Shown: positions 47,084-57,851 of the stretch, piece after piece
Position numbering within the stretch: position 1 is the first letter of the stretch
How the letters are laid out: the number at the start of each line of letters is the position of its first letter
Origin: Diplonema japonicum
Taxonomy: Eukaryota; Protista; Euglenozoa: Diplonemea
DNA: 64,000 bases
Direction: 5' to 3'
NCBI GenBank assembly: GCA_964019335.1
Contig: OZ025704.1
Span: 248,001 to 312,000, forward strand
Notes under the pieces: generated by a model
Databases searched by the model: none
What the model was told of the DNA's origin: nothing
What the model saw: the letters and a program-made list of their open reading frames with translations, nothing else
Program-made: the position numbers and the translations under genes

Positions 47084-48787
47084 ATGACGCGGCATGCAGG
47101 GGTGTCCATAAAGCGCAGGCTTTTCCTGGTCCTGCTGTACATAATGCTGAACTGCGTGTACATCATACTTGGCGGGGCGGTCATGTACCTTATGGAGCAC
47201 GACTACGAGGTAGAGCACCTCAAGGAAATGGCGGACTACGTCACCGAGGTAGGGCTCAACATAAACCAATCCGACCATTTAGAAGATCTCGGCGTCTGCA
47301 CCTTTCCGAACCACCTGTACCCACACTGGACCTTCACAGGGTCCAGCTTCTACGCCTTCACCGTCATAACCACTATTGGGTACGGGGTCTACGCTCCTGT
47401 TACAAATTCAGGGCGAATCTTCACGTGTTTCTACGCCATCCCCGGTATAAGTATTGTTGCTGTAGTGCTGACCAACATAGCAGGGCTTATCGCGGAGATT
47501 GTGGAGGCGACGCTGGACCGACGTGGGGAACAAACATTGTACGAACCAATCCCAAAATTGTCCGATTTAGGAGACCCGGTTACTGGGGAGTTGGACAGGT
47601 CCGATTTGAAGAGAATGATAACGGCAATGACACAGTCCACTCCAGACGATGCATTACTGTTTCAAGTCTACGAACGTGTGACACCGGGAACAACCGCACT
47701 ATCGCACGACACGTTGATCAAAGGCGTGGCCTTGTGGTTCCAACTGTCTGCGGAGGTACCTTCCAAAACAAGAACCACTGTTAAATACCTCCTCCTAACC
47801 CTGTGCGGTGTTCTTGTGTGGATGGCCGTGTGGGGCGTCATCTTCGCATCTATCGAATCATGGACGTACTCGGAAGGTCTTTGGTTCTCATTTATTTCTC
47901 TTAGTACAATTGGTTTCGGGGATTTTGTGCCGAACACCATGGCGGGGCGGATTTGCGGGTTTCTGTTCATGGCGCCAGGGTTGGGGTTGATGGGAGCGTT
48001 CTTCGGGGTCTTGTCGAACATATTCAAAAGGTGGCAGTTTCACATATCCTCCGCCTTGACACACAGGGGGGTCTTTTCGGATAAAATCCTTGAAGCTCAA
48101 GGTTTCGCATCATTGTCCCGCCGAGAATTGTACGCACCTTTAATTGAAGAAACAGAGATACCAATGGAAACCGTGATCGGGCCAACACATGTAAAGCAGC
48201 ATGATAACCCGGCGTTTCCATCTCATGCTAGAATCGGTGCGGTGAAGTCGTCCCAGAGCAATGTGTCAATGGTTCTACCCGCTGCGGCGATACAGGAAAC
48301 CGTGGCGCAAACCGCGTTAAAAAAAGGTGTCAAGGTCTGTCCCCAAGGACATCCTGTATCTAAAATGAAGGTTGGTGTCGGGTCCGGACGGAAATACACG
48401 GGTGAAACAGAGCATATGTGTGACATTTGCAGTACAGACGGGCTGTCTGGATATGTGTATCGATGCTCTGCTTGTGATTATGATGTATGTGTGGGGTGTG
48501 CGGTAGGTAGTTTAATCAAGTCTCGGACGCCTTCGTTGGGCAATACCTCACTTCCTAAGATCCCGCGAGAGCAGGACAGTATTACTTATGAGCAGAATAA
48601 CTCTTTTGCTCGGCTGCCCTCCTCTGCTAGACCTCCATCAGGAGTGGGGTATCACCGTCGAGGGTCTCGAGCGTTATCCATGCCTTCTTCGTCTCCTGGG
48701 ATTAATGGACATGTTCCTTCTGAAGAACCTTTCATGCACGAAATGGCAGAGATTGTGAATAGTCTTAATGGGTCTCCGCCTACTTAA
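47084..48787 (+). CDS. Two-pore-domain K+ channel with C-terminal ZZ-like zinc finger
   Basis: WTFTGSSFYAFTVITTIGYG and GLWFSFISLSTIGFGD pore loops, 4 TM; CPQGH...CDIC...YRCSACDYDVCVGC. Confidence 0.9.
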   Translation: MTRHAGVSIKRRLFLVLLYIMLNCVYIILGGAVMYLMEHDYEVEHLKEMADYVTEVGLNINQSDHLEDLGVCTFPNHLYPHWTFTGSSFYAFTVITTIGYGVYAPVTNSGRIFTCFYAIPGISIVAVVLTNIAGLIAEIVEATLDRRGEQTLYEPIPKLSDLGDPVTGELDRSDLKRMITAMTQSTPDDALLFQVYERVTPGTTALSHDTLIKGVALWFQLSAEVPSKTRTTVKYLLLTLCGVLVWMAVWGVIFASIESWTYSEGLWFSFISLSTIGFGDFVPNTMAGRICGFLFMAPGLGLMGAFFGVLSNIFKRWQFHISSALTHRGVFSDKILEAQGFASLSRRELYAPLIEETEIPMETVIGPTHVKQHDNPAFPSHARIGAVKSSQSNVSMVLPAAAIQETVAQTALKKGVKVCPQGHPVSKMKVGVGSGRKYTGETEHMCDICSTDGLSGYVYRCSACDYDVCVGCAVGSLIKSRTPSLGNTSLPKIPREQDSITYEQNNSFARLPSSARPPSGVGYHRRGSRALSMPSSSPGINGHVPSEEPFMHEMAEIVNSLNGSPPT

Positions 48788-48922
48788 AGGGTTTTTTTTT
48801 TTTTTTTTTTTTTTTTTTTGTGGCTGAAGCAGCCTTTTTTTTAATTTTTTTTTTATTCTCTCCCCCCTGTAATGAATCTGTTGCGGGAGAACAAAAAATG
48901 AACATTTTTCTTTTTTTAAATA

Positions 48923-49867
48923 CTGTAAAACGAATAATGTCGGACGGAAAAACTCTCGGACAGAAAAACTCCCGGACGGAAGACTCCCGGACACCAAAAA
49001 AACCCGGACATTTTTCCGTCCGGGAGTTTTTCTGGGAAGAAATTTTTTTACTTAAGGGGGGTAGCAGCTCCCACCACGTTTGCCTGGAAGGGCTTTATTC
49101 CTTGTGCAGAGCCAAAATGTCACCCTGCGTGGCAGTTTGAATTTTTCTTCCCCTTTCAATGCACCAACAAACAGCACCCACGGGATCTTTAACTTCTCAT
49201 AAACCCGTACTTCTTTCGTCAGATTGAATCGTAAAAGTCCGTGGCTTGGGGGACAAAACGGGCTATAACCGAACAGCTGGCTGTTTCCTTGGCTGGATTG
49301 TTAAATACAAAGGCAAAGCGGAAACGCAACCGGCAGGGATTATCCGTGCCCCGGTCAAGCACCCGCCCACCGAATGGAGCCTAACGGCATCGCCCAATCA
49401 TTGGGCTAATTATGATACTCGGTATCTGGGTTACGGAGCTGTTTCTTCCTTTTTGCTATAAATCATCGATTCCCATGGTTTGCCGAACGGGCCGATTCTG
49501 CTGCTTGTCGGCGTTGTTCGCAGGCGCAAACGTGCACATTGCTTTTGTCCCCCTGGGCTCACCTACATGGTTCAACCGATGGATATTGGGTTGAACGCAG
49601 CTGTAAAGCATCTATTAAGAAAGGTAGTAGGCCACACGAAGGCTCGACAAGCTGATTGCCTCAGGGCAGCAAGGGAGGACAAAGATGCAGAAAGGGAACC
49701 CTGGGGGTTTCTTCGCGCGGTTGCCGTTTGCAGCCCAGGCCAGTATGTAGGTGGTAGTGGACCAGGCCCCCTGACGGCCTTACCTAAAAAAAATTCCCGG
49801 ACGGAAAAACTCCCGGACGCCAAAAAAACTCGGACATTTTTCCGTCCGGGAGTTTTTCGTTTTACAG
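48923..49867 (+). mobile_element. pogo/Tigger-like (Tc1-mariner superfamily) DNA transposon, internally deleted
   Basis: TA|CTGTAAAACGA...TCGTTTTACAG|TA termini with TA duplication; subterminal repeats aaaaactcccggacg at both ends; residual DDE motif PPGLTYMVQPMDIGLNAAVK at about 49546-49608. Confidence 0.88.
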
Positions 49868-50771
49868 TATATATATATTTTCTTTTTTGGCGGCGTTATG
49901 AGTTTCACAATTACCGGGACCGCAGGGCCAGATAGCAACCGCAGAATGAAGAATGACCTAGTGTGATTTCCCCTCCCCTTTTTTTTCTTTCTTTCGATAT
50001 ATGGCAATTAAAAGGAGGGGTGAAAATGCTTTTTTTTTTCCTCCCTTTTTTTTTTTCATTTTTTTTTTTCCATACGACTGACCTTACCCTTATCCCTGAC
50101 ATAGCACCAGAGGGTGCAGCAGGGGAGGCTTTGATTTTCTTTTTCAAAAAAAAGAGAGAAGAAAAAAAAAAAGTTGTATCGGCAGGTTGACAGCGTGTCT
50201 GGTTATAAGTATTCTCTGTGGCACGTACTTGCAAACGTTTCTTTTCAAAAAAAAAAAAAATGATGAAGAAAAAAAATAATACACAGTGCGAATTTGGGTC
50301 TCTTTCTCTCTTTATTTCATAGATTTTGTTTTACAAATCCTTCCTCCCCTTTTTGTTTTTTTCCTTCTTCTATTTTTTTTCTTGCTTTTGTCACGATATA
50401 ACGTGTAATGGTGTGTGCTGCTGCGTACAAGAAAAAAAGAAGAAAGAAAAAAGAGAGAGAAAAGGAAAGAAGGCCCCCCCCGCAGCTCCCTCCCGTGTAA
50501 AATATATCCCCCCTTTCCCCATAAAATGAAATTGTCCGCAGCAAAAAGGAAGAAAGTTTTTTTTTTCTTTTTTTTTTTTTTTTTGCCTTGGATGTCACTG
50601 TTCAGCGAGCTCCGCAACATTCTTTGAATTCTCTGTTTTTTTTTTTCACATCAATGGACGGTGCCCCCCCCTCCTCCCTCCCTTCCTCTCTTTTTTTCGG
50701 TCCTACTAATCTGTATCCGTTACGAACACTTATCCAAAATTATTCCCCCCCTAATAATCTTCCTCACCACG

Positions 50772-50805
<34 letters not shown>

Positions 50806-50849
50806 AATAGGAGGGGAAGGGGAGGGCAAAAGAGAAAAAAAAAGAAAAA

Positions 50850-51782
50850 ATGAAGCAATTCCTCACAATTCTGGCAATGGTTATACCACTACAAGCTGCC
50901 TGCACATTCAAATACACAAACAAAGCCGCCTCCCCGGTCACGATCTGTCTCAGGTTCAACGGGGGCGCCCCGGGTGAAGGCGGAAACAAGACCATCCAGC
51001 CAGGCGGGTCATGGGAGCTACCATGCAGGGAAAGCATCCCAGGCCAAAGCTGGGAATCATACCTTGCTGTTCCAGGTTGGACACAATGCGGGTGGGACCA
51101 AGGGTGCACACCAAACTACGGGTCTTGCCAGCACTACCCATGGGTAATCGGACAAGGTGTAGGAACCAACGGCCTCTGGTATGGGTCAATAGGCGCGAAT
51201 TGGGATGGAGCAGGGGCAGGGTTCACAGGCGACTTCTCTCAAGTGACTTATGGAATGAACTTCCAATGCACGAGCTATAACAAAACCCAGTTTCCCAATC
51301 TTAACTGCAGTGTGTCGGGTGATAAACCGATCTGCACGCCGGACAAGCCGAACTACAACCAGCCCAACTCTGGTGTTGTGGAATGCGATCCTGACCAAAC
51401 ACTCCAGCTGCTCATCACATCCTCTGCTCCGCGGCCCACCTGTGGAACTGATGGCTTCTGCTGTCCATCATGCGGTATGTGTATGTACCCTACAAAACTG
51501 TCCTGTTTTGGCAACGCGTCTGCCTGTGATGCCGACCCCTCCACCACGTGCTGCGACCTTACCAAGTTGTGTTCCAAGCCCTCGAACACCGTGTGTAAGC
51601 CTAGTGCACAGTGCCCGTCGATGTCTTACTGCAACCCTGCAACTAAGAGGTGTATAGCACCTCAGCCTGGGGAAACCTGTGCTACTAATGGGGATTGCAT
51701 TTCTACGGACGGGTCAAACTATTGCGAGGAATCGCTTGGGCTGTGTGTTAAACCGGGCCCTCCCTGCACCGTGACACTTTAA
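50850..51782 (+). CDS. Secreted cysteine-rich protein, possibly thaumatin-like N-terminal domain
   Basis: Signal peptide; CTFKYTNKAASPVTI...GGNKTIQPGGSW resembles thaumatin starts; C-terminal third dense in Cys. Confidence 0.7.
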   Translation: MKQFLTILAMVIPLQAACTFKYTNKAASPVTICLRFNGGAPGEGGNKTIQPGGSWELPCRESIPGQSWESYLAVPGWTQCGWDQGCTPNYGSCQHYPWVIGQGVGTNGLWYGSIGANWDGAGAGFTGDFSQVTYGMNFQCTSYNKTQFPNLNCSVSGDKPICTPDKPNYNQPNSGVVECDPDQTLQLLITSSAPRPTCGTDGFCCPSCGMCMYPTKLSCFGNASACDADPSTTCCDLTKLCSKPSNTVCKPSAQCPSMSYCNPATKRCIAPQPGETCATNGDCISTDGSNYCEESLGLCVKPGPPCTVTL

Positions 51783-51990
51783 GGGGGGGGGGGGGGGGGA
51801 AGAAGAAGAGGAAAAAAAAAAAGAAAACACACAAAGAGGGATTTTAGTACCCCTCCCTTAGTTCTGCTTCTTTCAACGTTGTTTCTTTCCCTTTTTTTTC
51901 CTTCTTTTTTTTAGGGTGGTCCTCGAGTGGGATTTGCCCTAAACACCGCCTTTTTTTTCTTTTAACGGGTTTTTACCACTGCCTGCCCAG

Positions 51991-53919
51991 ATGCTGGATT
52001 CTAACGAAGATTATGAACAAAACTGGAATGACGATGACGACGGGGAGATGGATGACGAGGAGCGCGATGAAAACGCACACTTCGATGAAACAGATCTGAA
52101 CAACGAAGACGACCACCTTGTACTGAGCCAGTATTATCCAGCAGGGTACAACGAGGACAGCGACACACAAAGCGACGAGCCTTGCCAACCAGAGGCGGAG
52201 GCGAAGGACAAGAGCACGACAGCGCACCTCTACGTCTTCACCGCAGAAAAGGGCGGCATGAAGGGCTTCGACAAAAAGCTCCAGCAGAACGTGATCGAGG
52301 AACTGTCAAAGGGAAGCAAGCATCTACACCACGCTAAGATAATGGACGAGAGGCTAACCAAACGTGTCGAGACCATAAAGCACGACATCGCAATGCTGAC
52401 CGACGTTCAAATCCGCACAGCAAGGAACAAATCAGAAGCGATGCTCAACGAGCTGGAACTAACACGGAAGACCGAACGCTGGTGCTGCGTCATCGACATG
52501 GACATGTTCTTCGCGGCCGTCGCGATCAAGGACAACCCATCACTCGAGAACATACCAGTTGCAGTAGGAGGGAATTCCATGATATCCACGGCTAACTACG
52601 TGGCACGGAAATATGGAGTACGCTCCGCCATGCCGGGGTTCATCGCCAAAGAACTGTGCAAACGTCAAGGCGTGACACTAACATTCGTCCCCCACAGCAC
52701 GCAACGATACAAAGAAGAGGCCAAGACAGTCCGTGACATCATATCAAAGTACGGGCCTTACTCATCCATGTCGTTGGACGAAGCAAAAATCGATTTAACC
52801 GACATTGTTCGTTCAAGACAAGCATCTCTCTTATCGCAGGGGCACAATGCCGATGAAACTCATATAGCGGAAACCGTTCTGTCGGACCTCCGGGAAGAGG
52901 TTTACTCCGCGACATCGTTGACGGTTTCGGGGTCTGTTGCGTCGAACTTCATGCTGGCGAAGATCGGGGCTGATGTTAATAAACCGAACGGGCAGTTCAT
53001 GGTGCCCAGACGGACTGAGGATATGCTGGAGTGGTTCCACGAGCTCCCTGTACGTAAAATACCTGGAGTGGGAAAGGTCAAGGAAAGGGTTTTGAAAGAA
53101 GCCTACAACGTGTATCTCATAAAAGACATTCTTGCAAAAAAAGCGCTACTCCACGCAAACGAGGACGGGTCTTCACTTCCATTTTTAATGCGGTCTGCTT
53201 TGGGCATCGCACGAGACACGTTGACAGACTACACGAACGCACCAAAAGATTCCATTTCCCGGCAGTCGGTTGGAGCAGAGAGAACCTTTCGAGACCAATC
53301 TGATCAAGGCGAGCTGCAGAAGATTTTAATGAAGCTTTGCGAAAAGGTATCCGAAGTACTGAAACGAAAAGACATGCAAGGCAGGGCCGTCATCGTGAAG
53401 CTTAAACGAACAGACTTCAAGGTTTTGTCAAAACTGACGAACTCCCATAGTTACCTTCAAAGCGCAGAGGATATCTACAATCTTGCGAAGCCGTTGCTTG
53501 ACAAAGAATGTCCTATCAGCTGCCGGCTCATGGGGGTCAAAGTCCAAAAGTTCAAAAGAGGTGTCTCATATAAAGTTGCGAAAGACATTACACAAAAGCG
53601 GCTGACCTCATTCATGACAAAATCCGAGGTGGAAGGTGAGAAAAGAAAAACGAGTACTGACAGCGACGACGACGTTCGTGTTGTAGGGCACTGCACCAAG
53701 AGGCCACACACCCCTCGCGAAAGTACTGGGAAACCCGTGCTCAAAGCACCCCCAGGCCCCGCTCCAGCCCCGTCTTCAAAGCGTCGCAAGGAGAACACGC
53801 GAGAGCAAGCCCCACAGGCAAGGCTCAATTTTTTTAAAAATTCCTCGTTTTCAAAGGCATCGACGCCCCTGACCCCTGTCAACGGAACAAGCAAAGAGGA
53901 CGCCATTGAACTAGAATGA
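51991..53919 (+). CDS. POLK: DNA polymerase kappa (Y family, DinB)
   Basis: KGGMKG...SKGS N-clasp, IDMDMFFAAV, STANYVARKYGVRSAMPGFIA, MSLDEA, LAKI..DVNKPNGQ, VRKIPGVGKV, SVGAERTF, RLMGV. Confidence 0.95.
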   Translation: MLDSNEDYEQNWNDDDDGEMDDEERDENAHFDETDLNNEDDHLVLSQYYPAGYNEDSDTQSDEPCQPEAEAKDKSTTAHLYVFTAEKGGMKGFDKKLQQNVIEELSKGSKHLHHAKIMDERLTKRVETIKHDIAMLTDVQIRTARNKSEAMLNELELTRKTERWCCVIDMDMFFAAVAIKDNPSLENIPVAVGGNSMISTANYVARKYGVRSAMPGFIAKELCKRQGVTLTFVPHSTQRYKEEAKTVRDIISKYGPYSSMSLDEAKIDLTDIVRSRQASLLSQGHNADETHIAETVLSDLREEVYSATSLTVSGSVASNFMLAKIGADVNKPNGQFMVPRRTEDMLEWFHELPVRKIPGVGKVKERVLKEAYNVYLIKDILAKKALLHANEDGSSLPFLMRSALGIARDTLTDYTNAPKDSISRQSVGAERTFRDQSDQGELQKILMKLCEKVSEVLKRKDMQGRAVIVKLKRTDFKVLSKLTNSHSYLQSAEDIYNLAKPLLDKECPISCRLMGVKVQKFKRGVSYKVAKDITQKRLTSFMTKSEVEGEKRKTSTDSDDDVRVVGHCTKRPHTPRESTGKPVLKAPPGPAPAPSSKRRKENTREQAPQARLNFFKNSSFSKASTPLTPVNGTSKEDAIELE

Positions 53920-54231
53920 AGGGTGTTTTTTTCCCCCCCCCTCTTTTTTTTTGTTGTTTCTTGTCTCCCTTCTCTCCTTTGGCTTACACCCCCGCCCGTG
54001 CATTTTATCCCATTTTTATTTGTACGCTTTCTTACTCGTACGCCGGGGGGGAGAGAAGGGACAAGAAGAAAGAAAAGAAAAATGAAAAGAAGAAACCGAC
54101 ATTTATCCCTCTCCCCCTCCCCATCGAAAACTAGTTTTTGAAACTTGTCGTTTTTGGATTTCCCAACCCCCGCTTTTCTAGCAAGGTAAAAAAAAAAGAA
54201 AAGAAGAAGGGGAGGGGGAAGAAAAAAAAAG

Positions 54232-54609
54232 ATGGCACAATGCTCACGTGACGTGTGGGATGAGTACTTAGATACGTTGAGCAGAAAGGATGCTGATGCG
54301 ATTTTGGGGAACTACACAGAAAGCAGCATCCTGCGTATTTGCAATCAAAGCAGCGGGGAGGGGATAAGGACCTACACGGGCTTGGGGGAGATACAAATGG
54401 GCATCGAGACGATGTTTCGCAACCTGACTGACATCTCAACGTTCTCAGTGCAGATGGAAGAGATCGAGGACAGAGCGGTGAACGGCAAGGGGCAGGTGTT
54501 CGCTTCCTGGCGGTGCCCCTCCAGCGGCATCCACGACGCGACAGAAACTTTGCTCATCGACCAGGACTATAAGATTCTAAGACACAACATCGTGTGGCAA
54601 CAGGTCTAG
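54232..54609 (+). CDS. SnoaL/NTF2-like small protein
   Basis: KDADAILGNYTESS...YTGLGEI...F...W...ATETLLI...KILRHNI pattern; 125 aa. Confidence 0.7.
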   Translation: MAQCSRDVWDEYLDTLSRKDADAILGNYTESSILRICNQSSGEGIRTYTGLGEIQMGIETMFRNLTDISTFSVQMEEIEDRAVNGKGQVFASWRCPSSGIHDATETLLIDQDYKILRHNIVWQQV

Positions 54610-54762
54610 AGAGGCGGGGGAAAAAAAAAAATGTATAATGTAACTAGAGTTTCTTTCGTTTTTTTTTTTTTTTCCTTTTGACGGCAGTAGCACAGTGCAT
54701 ATCACCATGTCGCAAAATAAAAAAAAAGGGGGGTGGAGTAAAAAAAAAAAAAGAAAAAAAAA

Positions 54763-56768
54763 ATGTTTCCCAACAAGACGAAAGCGAAAAAGGGGGCAGA
54801 CACGAAGCCACCGGAGACGTTCGAGAAGGAGTGGCAGAAGATGGAGGACTCCTTCAACGAGCTGTTGACGTTCATCGAGGGCGGCATGTTGACCCCTGAC
54901 CCCGGACACTACAAGAGGAGCATGGGCGCGTACGCGGTGGTCTACAATATCTGCACAAAACACGAGGGCGCGAAAATGGGGGTCAACTTTGCCGCGGAGC
55001 TATACAAAAGGGCCAAGAGCTTGGTAGAGAAGCATCTAGAGGAAAAGGTCACCAAGCAGGTGATCCAAAAAACCGGCGACGCGCTTCTCCAAGAGGTCCA
55101 CAAGGAATGGAGAACCCACGCTTTGATCGTGAAATGGACCCGGTTTATGTTCAAGTACCTCGACGACTACTACACCAAGAGCCCCATCATCGACACACTG
55201 ACCATCATGATGCTTAAGTGCTTCCACAGCGCTGTCTTTGACAAAATCAAAGACAACCTTCGGCACGTCATCCTTGCCAACATCGAGTCTGAGCGTGATG
55301 GCAACACCATCAACAAGGAAGTACTCCGGTCAGCCATATGGCTCTTCATCGACATGGGCATGAACACATGTGATGTGTACGATGAAGAGCTTGAAAAAGT
55401 CCTCATCAAGCAGACAAAGCAGTACTACAAAAAGGAATCCGTGAAGTGGATGGCGGAAGAGGGCGGACAACACACGTACCTGAAGCGAGCAGAGGCGCGT
55501 ATCAACGAAGAATCCCGCCGAGCCGACTCCATCCTCGCACCGACCACAAAAGGCCCGCTTCTTAAAGCGCTTGACGATGAACTTCTTGCACCTCACATCG
55601 AAACCTGTTTGAAATGCCCCGACGCTGGATGCGAAGCGCTGCTTCAGTCCGAACGCAATGAAGGCCTCGGCAGGATGTTCCGCCTTTTCTCCCGTGTGGA
55701 AGGCGGTCTTGACCAAATGGCCGGAATTGTTAAGGACCACATCGAAAAAGAAGGAAAGCTGTTGAACTCGAAGTTCTCCACAGGCAGCGCTGGGGAATCC
55801 GGCGAAGCAGCATCTACAACATACATTAAATCCTGCCTCACGCTTCACGATAAGTACACAGTTCTTTTCGAGGAGAGCTTAAGCAAGCACGAGGTGTTCA
55901 CAAAGGCACGCAAGGCAGCATTTGAAGTCTTCATCAACCCCCAGCAGAGCGATTCGTGGGCTTTGAAACAAAAGTCCAAAGATGGGATGGAGATCGTGAC
56001 CACCTCAGAGCTGCTCTCAACTTACATCGACAGCATCATCAAGAAGGAGATGGAGTCCGAGGAACAGCTGGACGCCATTCTCGAAAAATCCGTGACGTTG
56101 TTCACGTACATCCACGACAAGGATCTGTTCCAGCAGTTCTACATGAAGCAGATGTCGAGAAGGTTGATGCACAACAAGAACCAACGGCTCCTTGACCAGG
56201 AAAGATCGCAGATCGGAAAGCTTAAAATGAAGATGGGATCCGCATTCACATCGAAGCTTGAGGGAATGCTCGCGGATCAAAGCCACGCTGACGACCACAA
56301 CCGTCGTTTCAAGCAGCACCTCACAAGCAACCAGGAGGCTAAGCTACCCATCGACTTCACCCCAATGGTTCTCACCACCGGTTTCTGGCCTGCGTTCAAA
56401 CACGATCAGCTCGTTCCTCCTGAGGAGATGAAGATTTGTCTTGAGCAGTACGAGAAGTACTACGCAAAGGCAACCCAGTCCAGGAAGCTGACGTGGATCC
56501 ACTCCCTCGGTCATGCGACGGTCTCAAAGAAGTTCGCGAAGGGACCCCGAGACATGTCAGTGACAACGTACCAAGCTTGCGTGTTGGTTTTGTTCAACGC
56601 AACAGGCTCGGTCTTGGTGAAGGAAGCGCAGGAAACGCTTTCCCTTCCTTTTGAGGAGATTAAGAGAACGATCCACTCCCTTGCTTACGGTAAATACCCG
56701 GTTATTAAACGGGCTGACGGTGCAAAGGTGAAACAGGTTAAGGAGACTGATCAATTCGTTGTATGGGA

Positions 56769-56826
<58 letters not shown>

Positions 56827-57139
56827 ACAGATTAACGAGGAATTTCACACGAACTCCAGGAAGTTCAAAATCCCTGCTGTGGTGAAGCAGGAGAGGGAAT
56901 CCATCACTGACACTAACCAAGAACAGCGCAGGCACGTGATCGAGGCGTGCATAGTCCGGATTATGAAGAGCAGGCGTACGCTCTCGCACAATGACCTTGT
57001 CACTGAAACCATTAAGCAGCTTAGCCATCTTTTCTCCCCTGATATGAGAATCATTAAAAAGAGGATTGAGGACTTGATCCAGCGGCAGTACCTCGAGCGG
57101 GACGAACAAAATAGGAACCAGTACCGCTACCTGGCGTAA
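54763..57139 (+). CDS. Cullin (CUL1-like); 2 exons
   Basis: join(54763..56760,56831..57139); YAVVYNIC, FKYLDDYY, DKDLFQQFY, SKLEGML, VLTTGFWP, RKLTWIHSLG, neddylation motif IVRIMKSRR, IKKRIEDLI. Confidence 0.93.
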
Positions 57140-57185
57140 AGAGGGTGGGGAATGAGGACAGGGAAAAATTACACATAGAGGGAAG

Positions 57186-57216
<31 letters not shown>

Positions 57217-57818
57217 GTGTTACACAACAACAACGACAAAAGAAAAAGAAAAAAAAAGTGTTCTCCCTCTCCCCATGAAACCCCTCTTTTTTTTTTTTGA
57301 TGGGGGCCGTTGCTAGCACTTTCTCCCCATCGGTTTTTTTTTTTCTTTTTATTTACTTCCAAGCTGCTTTCTCTTGAAGATTTTTGGTTTTATAAAATAT
57401 AAATCAGGTTTTTACTTTATCTTACTCCCACAGTCATTTTCCCAGAAATGGGTAGAAAACCGAAGGCTTCTGGGAAGCAATGCAGCGCAAGGTCGCCTAC
57501 GCGCAAGAGGCCTTGAGGCCAGACCCCACCAAAGTGGGCCTCAGGTTCAAGATTGACATGGGCATCAAGTCTATGTACGTCGGTGTAAAGATTTTCATAC
57601 GAAAGCAGCTTGTCAGTAAATAGAAATAAATATTTTTTTTTTCTTTTTTTTTTTTTTTTTTTTTTTTTTTCCATTCTGCGATGAAGATTGTGGGGAAAGA
57701 ACATGGATTGATTGCCCGCTGCGCAGAAGTAACAGGGCGCCATCGACACTGGCCTCCCTTTATTTCATTTTCAGTAGAGAAGCCAAGGCGTATGATGATG
57801 TAGGGATTAAATCGCAAG

Positions 57819-57851
<33 letters not shown>

